Source of the DNA: a virus
Virus genome (UHGV): UHGV-0107473
Length of the DNA stretch: 41,402 bases
Reading direction: 5' to 3' (one strand)
How positions within the stretch are numbered: position 1 is the first letter of the stretch; each line of letters starts with the position of its first letter. The translations under genes were made by a program, and so were the position numbers. The notes under the pieces were generated by a model. It saw nothing but the letters and a program-made list of their open reading frames with translations. It had not been told where the DNA came from and did no database searches. This document shows, one piece after another, positions 34,947 through 41,402 of the stretch.

Positions 34947-35402
34947 TCAGCCTAATTCGTCGAAACGATATTCGATTATTACGTTATTTCTATAAAATAA
35001 ATCTTCTTGCGGAAGTTCGTTTATTCTAGGATTTCTAAACCAAACGCCACCTTTAGCGCCTGAACTTTTAAAAGAATCTCTAATTGCCATAGACAATCGT
35101 TTTAAAATATCGTCAGATTCGGCTAAAGACTTTGGCGTGAAAACCTGAATAGTTAAAAATCCTGTATTAGTATACGACTTTTTGCCAATAGCGCCAACAC
35201 AAACAGAAAGCGAAGTTTGTGGGCTACTTATTGTTTGATACGAAACCCTAACCCAAACTTTAGACCCATCTACATTATTTTGTTTTTCAACATTAGGCCA
35301 TTGTATTTCAGGAAGATACCCAACAATATCGGGCGAATAAATTTTAAAAGATTCGTAAAATTTAGATAAAATGGAATCTATTGCATCATAATAATTAATC
35401 AT
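34947..35402 (-). CDS. Neck or tail terminator-like protein
   Basis: Synteny only (between head and tail genes). 151 aa. Confidence 0.35.
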   Translation of the reverse strand: MINYYDAIDSILSKFYESFKIYSPDIVGYLPEIQWPNVEKQNNVDGSKVWVRVSYQTISSPQTSLSVCVGAIGKKSYTNTGFLTIQVFTPKSLAESDDILKRLSMAIRDSFKSSGAKGGVWFRNPRINELPQEDLFYRNNVIIEYRFDELG

Positions 35403-35776
35403 TTTTTAAATTCCACCGTGTATAATACTTTTTGACCATTTGGCGATAAAAGGTCAATATTCAAAATACGATATTCTACCCCATCCCGAATAACAATGTC
35501 TTTAAGCGAAGGGGTAAACGAAACATTTCCCATTAGTCCGTAAACATCGCCTATTTTAGCTTCGGTTCCTGTTATAAAATGAATGAATTGGCGATTTTCT
35601 TTATTGATTGTAAAAAACGCCATTTCCGGTGTGTAGTCAGTTCCGGGTAAGGTTCCCGGTTTCCACGGTTTACCAGAATCGGGAATAGATTCATTTAATT
35701 GTCGCCAAATTACAGATTGCCCGTATTTTTTGATTAGTCTTTTAGCGGTTTCTATTTGTCGGTCATATCTTCCCAT
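35399..35776 (-). CDS. Neck or head-closure-like protein
   Basis: Synteny only. 125 aa. Confidence 0.35.
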   Translation of the reverse strand: MGRYDRQIETAKRLIKKYGQSVIWRQLNESIPDSGKPWKPGTLPGTDYTPEMAFFTINKENRQFIHFITGTEAKIGDVYGLMGNVSFTPSLKDIVIRDGVEYRILNIDLLSPNGQKVLYTVEFKK

Positions 35777-36295
35777 TTATACGCGCCTTGTGGTTAGTGA
35801 CATTCCGCAACCGCAACCGCCATTATACAATTTATTTAAAAGGGCATCGGCAGCGCCAAAATGTTTAGTCATTCCGACTTCTACAGGGTCGGCGTATTTA
35901 GTAGTAATTGGCCCTATAGTTTCTTCGGTTATATAATCTGAAGGCCCGTAGTTACTAAATAAATCAACACCAGAATTAACAACAATAACTAACGCCGCTT
36001 GCGCGTCTTTTAGTTGTTTAGGAATTTGATTATTTGCAAAGGATTTACAGTTAACCATTGCATTTTTTCTAGGCCAGCTTAACGCCTGATTTTCGTTGGT
36101 TCTTTCGCCTGAAAACTTACATTCTTTAGATTCAATATAATCTGAAGAATTAATTAACATTGCCGCTATTTCGTTATCGTCGTCGGGTAAAGTTACATTA
36201 CGATTAGAGGCATATGCTTTAGCGTATTCAACATCGATATAAGAATTAGAATCTTCTTTCCCCGTTCCATCTTCTACAATAATCGTAATAGCCAT
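35777..36295 (-). CDS. gp6-like head-tail connector/adaptor (start at MAITIIVEDG preferred over the ORF-track start at 36331)
   Basis: The N-terminus ITIIVEDG...LPDDDNEIAAMLINSSDYIES resembles the gp6-like connector family. The internal Met has an AAGG RBS; the upstream Met has none. Confidence 0.45.
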   Translation of the reverse strand: MAITIIVEDGTGKEDSNSYIDVEYAKAYASNRNVTLPDDDNEIAAMLINSSDYIESKECKFSGERTNENQALSWPRKNAMVNCKSFANNQIPKQLKDAQAALVIVVNSGVDLFSNYGPSDYITEETIGPITTKYADPVEVGMTKHFGAADALLNKLYNGGCGCGMSLTTRRV

Positions 36296-36348
36296 TTTAA
36301 TAACCTTTTTAAGCGGCCCCAATGCCCACATATTGAGGCCGCGATTTA

Positions 36349-36705
36349 TCAGGAAAGCGCGATTGTAATAACGCCGTCTGTTACCGTAATTGTTGCGGTG
36401 GTTCCTGTTCCAGTTACTCCGCTAACAGTATCGCCGCTAGTTACGATAGCCTGATTAGCGGGAAGCGTTGGGGCTGGCGGGTTATCGGGGTCGATAACCG
36501 GAACGGCACTGTAAGCGCTTGGGATTGTGCCAGCGACATAATCGGCGCTTTCTTTCCCGGCACCGTAATTAAAATTGCCAACGGCATTTCGGCTATAAAC
36601 CGAATACGGCGCTTCAGCAATGGCGTTAAGCTTTTCAATAGCTGTTTTTTCGGCGGCAGTTGCAACCGGGCCAGCAGTAAAAAACAATACTTTTTTAGTC
36701 GTCAT
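36349..36705 (-). CDS. Small structural protein with a C-terminal Ig-like/beta-strand region; N-terminus paralogous to ORF 36702..37043
   Basis: KKVLFFTAGPVATAAEKTAIEKL matches KILYFVDGPAPSNEDFEAAENM. C-terminus TGTGTTATITVTDGVITIAL. Confidence 0.45.
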   Translation of the reverse strand: MTTKKVLFFTAGPVATAAEKTAIEKLNAIAEAPYSVYSRNAVGNFNYGAGKESADYVAGTIPSAYSAVPVIDPDNPPAPTLPANQAIVTSGDTVSGVTGTGTTATITVTDGVITIALS

Positions 36706-37043
36706 TTTTTATCGCCCCAAGCTGGTTTAGATGCCGACTTAGTTTCCGCTTTAGGTTCTTTAACTTTTTCGACTTGAGGCGGGTTTTCGTCGCCGTTAAT
36801 CACTTCTTCCACTTTTTTATAAAATGCCGAAATAGCATCTTCAGCCGAAGGTTTATTTTTATAAATTTCGGGAATAAGACCAGCGACACCATCGCAATTT
36901 TCTAAGCTTTCGGCATCGCTAACCGCTCGGGCATTTCTGAAAACTACATGAGCTTTCATATTTTCAGCGGCTTCGAAGTCTTCGTTACTCGGGGCCGGGC
37001 CATCGACAAAATAAAGGATTTTGCATTTCTTGTTAAGTTTCAT
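36702..37043 (-). CDS. Small head-associated protein (decoration candidate), paralog of ORF 36349..36705
   Basis: Immediately downstream of the MCP terminator, with its own RBS. Shares the N-terminal motif. K/E-rich tail. Confidence 0.45.
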   Translation of the reverse strand: MKLNKKCKILYFVDGPAPSNEDFEAAENMKAHVVFRNARAVSDAESLENCDGVAGLIPEIYKNKPSAEDAISAFYKKVEEVINGDENPPQVEKVKEPKAETKSASKPAWGDKK

Positions 37044-37057
37044 AATATTTACCTTTA

Positions 37058-37088
37058 ATAAAAAAGGGGCCGAAGCCCCTTTTATGTT
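37058..37088. terminator. Rho-independent terminator after the major capsid gene
   Basis: aaaaa-aggggc-cgaa-gcccct-tttt. Perfect 6-bp GC stem flanked by an A-run and a T-run. Confidence 0.75.
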
Positions 37089-37111
37089 CGGCTATAAGGC
37101 CGGGTTTAAAA

Positions 37112-38074
37112 TTAGTGAGTTTTCAGCAATACGCCAGCCAAATCTTTTTTATCGGTAGCGTAGCGATCCCAGTTTGTAGAAGTCAGCAAAGCGGCGTTAG
37201 TCGGGGATTTACCACCGTTGGTTTTATCCCACGAATAACCCTTAACGCCGAGGTTATACGACCATTCGGCCTGATAGGTTCGAATAATGTTTTCGTCGCC
37301 GTTGCTGGTGTCAAAGTTGTCGTCGAAGTCGTTATTTTGATCGACGCGCAGACCGCCAGAAACAAGGCCCAGCGTGTTATAGGTTGTACCGGAAACTAAC
37401 TGCGCGGAATCGGTCATAATCAGCAGTTTACCGAATGGGTCGCGAGCTACGTTAACGCTTTCGTAGGTAAAAAGACGCTCGGAGTTATTAAGCGCATTAC
37501 CATAGAGTTTATGAAGCGTTGTGGAGTGCATAACCCAGGCGAGAATTTCACCGGAACGATCGCCGAATTTAGCTTGCGCCGTGTTCAGGTTAATAAAACT
37601 CGGCTGGTCAGCCGGGGCAGTAGCGCCAGTTACATCGGTAATGATTTCGCTATCGTTAGAAAGCGCAGTAACGCCGCAACCAATCGCGATATTGACCATA
37701 TCTGCCAGCGTAGAAACGGCAAGCTGACGACCCAGCGCCGCGCCGCGTTCTTCCTGGCTACGCTGAATCCAGTTCATTTCGCCGGGGTCGAGGCGTACCG
37801 GAGGCGTACCAGCGGCGACTTTAACCATAGTGTCGACCAGATGCTGCATATTAACTTCGGCAACAGTTCCCGAGCCATAAGCGTTACGGCGACGAACCAG
37901 ACCGCTAATATTTTTCCAAAAAGCTTCGTCGCTATAGTCGCCTTGATGGGCGGCAGATTGAAGAAGAATAGTGCCGCCAGAAGCCTGATTAAAAAGCGCT
38001 ACGTTCTGGCGAAGAACTTCGGTCATTGACGAATAGACATATTCGCTAAAAACGGCTAAATCTGAAAGTGCCAT
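37112..38074 (-). CDS. Major capsid protein
   Basis: 320 aa, directly after the scaffold gene and before a strong terminator. Confidence 0.75.
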   Translation of the reverse strand: MALSDLAVFSEYVYSSMTEVLRQNVALFNQASGGTILLQSAAHQGDYSDEAFWKNISGLVRRRNAYGSGTVAEVNMQHLVDTMVKVAAGTPPVRLDPGEMNWIQRSQEERGAALGRQLAVSTLADMVNIAIGCGVTALSNDSEIITDVTGATAPADQPSFINLNTAQAKFGDRSGEILAWVMHSTTLHKLYGNALNNSERLFTYESVNVARDPFGKLLIMTDSAQLVSGTTYNTLGLVSGGLRVDQNNDFDDNFDTSNGDENIIRTYQAEWSYNLGVKGYSWDKTNGGKSPTNAALLTSTNWDRYATDKKDLAGVLLKTH

Positions 38075-38087
38075 GATTTGATTTTCC

Positions 38088-38777
38088 TTATTCCGCCGAT
38101 TCTTTTTGCGCCTTCAAATGCGCGGCTAATTCCGCTGAAGACATTTTATTTAAATCGACATTTTGTGATTGAGGATTATTAAACTGATTACCACCGGAAC
38201 CAGCTTCTTTAGTTCCCCCGGCACCGCCAGAAGATTTATTAGCAATGATAATAGCAGAATAGTCGGGGTTAGCAACAAATTCCTTTTCTAAATCTTCCAT
38301 TGTCATCGCGGAAGCGTTACCGTCAGCGTCGGTAATACGAATTGTGGGCTTGTCGCCTTCGATATCCGCCTGAAGACGTTTAGCGATTTCGCTAACGAGA
38401 AGCTTAGGCGCTTTACTAATGCGGGTAGCAATAGACATTGCTTCGCTATTAACAAGGTTAGATGTAAGCTTGTTAATTTTAGCTTCGAAGGCTGTTTTTT
38501 GTGTTTCTAGTTTACCTTCGTAACTTCTTGTAAGCGTAGCAACATCTTTTTTAGATGTGTCGGATTCCAATTCGACTACGCGAGCTTCAGCAACAGCCAA
38601 TTTGTTTTCGGCTTCTTTGCGCAATTCAGATTCGCGATCTTTAGCGCGTTTTAAAGCGCCAGTGTCTTCGATTCCGGTAACATCAAGCGAATAACCTTCG
38701 CCGGATGTTTTGTATTCAGCTTTGATTGCATCGGGAAGCGCTTCAAATTCTTCTTTGGTAATTTTTAACTTTAACAT
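38088..38777 (-). CDS. Scaffolding protein
   Basis: 229 aa, acidic and coiled-coil rich. Lies between the portal and capsid genes. Confidence 0.7.
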   Translation of the reverse strand: MLKLKITKEEFEALPDAIKAEYKTSGEGYSLDVTGIEDTGALKRAKDRESELRKEAENKLAVAEARVVELESDTSKKDVATLTRSYEGKLETQKTAFEAKINKLTSNLVNSEAMSIATRISKAPKLLVSEIAKRLQADIEGDKPTIRITDADGNASAMTMEDLEKEFVANPDYSAIIIANKSSGGAGGTKEAGSGGNQFNNPQSQNVDLNKMSSAELAAHLKAQKESAE

Positions 38778-38838
38778 AGCTACTAGCCTTTTAGGTTATG
38801 CGGCACCGCCGCGATTAAGTTAACGTAGTTTAAAACAA

Positions 38839-40326
38839 TCATTGCGCATTGTCATTAGCTGACGCATATTTTACTGCTAATTTAGCTTGGGATTCTTTAT
38901 CAGCTAAAATTTCTTGCTTCGCTTTATCGTCTTGTTCGGTCGCAGTCCCGGCCCTGCGAAGACCTCCGCGCATTTCAGTCCAACTAATTGCGCCTTTCAT
39001 CCAAGAATCGATAATTTGAGTTCGTTCTTCCGGCGTTGTTTTAGAAACATCAAAATCAGTATTAAGAATGTATTCATCTTTGTCTGTCAATTTGATATTC
39101 ATGTACATAGCGCATTGCTCTAATGCCCACATAATAGCTTCGTTAACGTTTCGCGTTACCGTTGCGAGCGTAGAGCTTTCGCCGATGTTTTCTACTTTGG
39201 CTTCAAAAGCGGTTCGTTGTACTTGTTTTTGTTCAACCAGTTTAGCGCCTAATGCAACCATTTGACGCTCTTTAATTTCCATCGCCTCTTTAATCATCAT
39301 ATTGGGCGCGGCTTGAATTAACTTAGCATCCATGTTTTGACCTAGCGGAATACCGCCAGTAGAACCGAAATTAATTTTTTTGTCTAAAACGTCTTCATAC
39401 CATGTTTCAGTTAATCCACTTACAACAGGTGTAGGTTGACCAGTAATAAAACACGATTCTTCATAGTCAGCACTATTGCGAAAATGAGCGATATTTAAAT
39501 CAGCCAAATCATAAAAATTAGGATTATCGGGATTAGAATCGTTATTTTCTGAACCAATAAACATAAATGGAATGTAATTAAGAGGCTTTCCATCAGGGCC
39601 GCGAGGCTTAACCGACTTGGCTACTGCAAATACAGTTTCGGAATATGACTTGTCTTCTTTAAAGTCGGAATAGGAATTAGCTTCGCGATAAATATCAATA
39701 TTATATTCGCCGTCTTTGTCGAGATACAAAACCCGAAATTGAGGGGCTTCTTTTCTCTCAAACCCATCGTCAAAATAACAAAACGATTCGGCAAGAACCA
39801 CAAGCGACAATCTTTCTTCAGCGCCAAACTCAACAACTCGCCAGTTAATAATTTCTAGTGGTGAATATACGTTAATAGTTGGGCGAATATTACCGTTTTG
39901 TAATTCAGCTACAGTAGCGCCTTCTTTAGTTTCAGGGTAATCGACAAAAATTCCAGATCTGGAATAAGCAAGCGTCATAGCAAGCGACTTTTTAGAAAGC
40001 TGGTTAAGCGTTACCCCGCCGCCTGTAGCATTTTTAACAATCTTATCCATTTCTTTCGGTAAATTTACCACCGGGTCGCGCGAAAAAACTTGGCCTACTA
40101 ACCCGATAAGAGTTCGGCGCGTTACGTTATAAAAAACAGCACGTAGCAAATATTGGTCATAACGAGCAATATTTTCAGGGGATTTATTTGTCGGGTTAGG
40201 CATCGGCAAATATTTAGTTCTTTGAGCCTTAACCGTTTCCGAACCTGATAAGCAATCGCGAATTAAACGATAAAGCGGCATTAAAGATCGAATTTCTTTG
40301 CGAATAAAAGCAACGTTTTTAGACAT
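38839..40326 (-). CDS. Portal protein
   Basis: 495 aa, immediately downstream of TerL and upstream of the scaffold gene. Confidence 0.75.
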   Translation of the reverse strand: MSKNVAFIRKEIRSLMPLYRLIRDCLSGSETVKAQRTKYLPMPNPTNKSPENIARYDQYLLRAVFYNVTRRTLIGLVGQVFSRDPVVNLPKEMDKIVKNATGGGVTLNQLSKKSLAMTLAYSRSGIFVDYPETKEGATVAELQNGNIRPTINVYSPLEIINWRVVEFGAEERLSLVVLAESFCYFDDGFERKEAPQFRVLYLDKDGEYNIDIYREANSYSDFKEDKSYSETVFAVAKSVKPRGPDGKPLNYIPFMFIGSENNDSNPDNPNFYDLADLNIAHFRNSADYEESCFITGQPTPVVSGLTETWYEDVLDKKINFGSTGGIPLGQNMDAKLIQAAPNMMIKEAMEIKERQMVALGAKLVEQKQVQRTAFEAKVENIGESSTLATVTRNVNEAIMWALEQCAMYMNIKLTDKDEYILNTDFDVSKTTPEERTQIIDSWMKGAISWTEMRGGLRRAGTATEQDDKAKQEILADKESQAKLAVKYASANDNAQ

Positions 40327-40328
40327 TT

Positions 40329-41402
40329 TTATGCCCCATAATTAAGAGAAATTTTAACACCTTTGCCCGCAAATTTGCCCGAGCTTTTCAACACGCGATA
40401 GCGAGTCATATCATAAGGATGGTCTTCGGATGTTGTATCAACATCATCTAAAATCTTTTCATCCCTCGGTAATGTGGGGATAGTAGAAATAGATGCTATA
40501 CAATTTTCCATAAAATATAAACCCGGTTCACTTTTATTTTTTAAAACGGCTTCTAATCGTTCCCTGACTAACTGCATACCGTTAATTCGTGACCCCGGCG
40601 ATTTATCTGATTTTTCCCATTCAACGCCCTTAGCTTTCATTTTATCGTGAATGGTTTCAACATCACTTTCGTTTTTGTTATTAATTTGGTTATCGGCTGG
40701 CCCCGGCATAGGTTTTTTAGATATCCAGCCATTTAACATCAATGAATCTTCTACGGCTTTAATCTCTGAAGCAATTTCGCCAGCCGATTTTTTAAGACCT
40801 TTGTTTGTTCCTATTTCTTTTGTTCCGTATAATTCGTAAATTTGAATTAAAGTACCTTTAGGCGGGCAAAACGAATACTCTTGGCCTTGATAAACAATAG
40901 TAGCTTCTTCGCCATTAGCTTCGGCCCACCAGCCCACACTATAGGGATGCGTTGACCCCCAATCGAATGACCTGTCAATATACCATGTTGAAGGGATAAC
41001 AAATCGGGGTAAAACATGGCTGTTTCTTTGCCATACATCATCGAAAGCGCCGCCTGTTACAATATCCCAATCGCCATAAAGCCAAGCGCGGCGTAAATTT
41101 TCATCGGCAATGCTTTCTAGTTCAGCAACGTATTCAGGAGGAAGATAAATATTTTCACGATACGAACCAAAAATAGCAACTTGTGTTTTGGTTACGATAT
41201 CGTTCATTTGTTTTTGCGGGTTAAATACTTCTACTTCGGTTCTTACAACAGTCCCGCGCGGTGCAACGTCAATAAAGCGACGTTTAACCCAATTATGTCC
41301 CGGCCCATTCGGGTTAGTCGTACTAAATACTTCTAATGGAATTTTAGGTAACGGCTTACCGTCAGCAGTTTTATAATTGCCTTCGTCGTCTTTTGGCGTG
41401 TC
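40329..41402 (-). CDS. Terminase large subunit, C-terminal part (the frame is open to the window end; joins 1..513)
   Basis: My own translation of 41208..41402 gives ...IPLEVFSTTNPNGPGHNWVKRRF..., an ATPase-domain motif. It continues into the nuclease domain. There is no stop before base 41402. Confidence 0.8.
   Translation of the reverse strand, partial: DTPKDDEGNYKTADGKPLPKIPLEVFSTTNPNGPGHNWVKRRFIDVAPRGTVVRTEVEVFNPQKQMNDIVTKTQVAIFGSYRENIYLPPEYVAELESIADENLRRAWLYGDWDIVTGGAFDDVWQRNSHVLPRFVIPSTWYIDRSFDWGSTHPYSVGWWAEANGEEATIVYQGQEYSFCPPKGTLIQIYELYGTKEIGTNKGLKKSAGEIASEIKAVEDSLMLNGWISKKPMPGPADNQINNKNESDVETIHDKMKAKGVEWEKSDKSPGSRINGMQLVRERLEAVLKNKSEPGLYFMENCIASISTIPTLPRDEKILDDVDTTSEDHPYDMTRYRVLKSSGKFAGKGVKISLNYGA

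Noticed and set aside
36332-36348. Palindrome gcggcc...ggccgc as a terminator after gene 36349..36705
   Set aside because: The 18-nt loop has no flanking T-run, and the palindrome overlaps the alternative upstream start of the next gene.
1-41402. Integrase or lysogeny module
   Set aside because: No ORF has tyrosine or serine recombinase features, and there is no CI-like repressor. The only HTH protein is a 72-aa Cro-like protein beside the primase.

Overview
The window looks like a complete, circularly permuted genome (41,402 bp, about 40% GC) of a lambda-like siphovirus. The best evidence is the terminase large-subunit gene, which is cut by the window boundary. On the minus strand its N-terminal part (Walker A, GARGPGKT) runs from 513 down to 1. 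Its C-terminal part (motif STTNPNGPGHNWVKRRF plus nuclease domain) runs from 41402 down to 40329. The two halves are exactly in frame if base 41402 is joined to base 1. Starting at 10348 and reading down through position 1 and on to 21521, the minus strand carries an early region of many small, start/stop-overlapping ORFs. That region includes a BRCT-domain protein, a VRR-NUC nuclease, an Rmf-like membrane protein, a very acidic 41-aa protein and a GC-rich moron-like gene with its own promoter and terminator. Next come a lysis cassette (membrane protein, holin, GH24 endolysin, overlapped i-/o-spanins), then TerS and TerL, portal, scaffold and major capsid protein. After the head genes come neck proteins, the major tail protein and a tail-chaperone pair with a programmed -1 frameshift (A AAA AAC). 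The tail module continues with tape measure protein, gpM/L/K-like proteins and a fused gpI-gpJ-like tip protein. It ends with a 1106-aa tail fiber carrying tandem putative carbohydrate-binding repeats and a C-terminal SGNH esterase. The plus strand (13271-21490) carries a replication/recombination operon driven by a near-consensus sigma70 promoter. It encodes a Sak4-like ATPase, a DUF669-like protein with an SSB-linker-like Q/G/P/W tail, a Cas4-like Fe-S nuclease and an SF2 helicase. It also encodes a beta-clamp homolog that ends in the SSB C-terminal tip motif DDDIPF, and a compact family B DNA polymerase. A primase-helicase (PrimPol plus SF3) and a small HTH regulator are transcribed divergently. 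I found no integrase, CI-like repressor, tRNA or CRISPR array. All calls are from reading the sequence and remembered family motifs; no database search was run.
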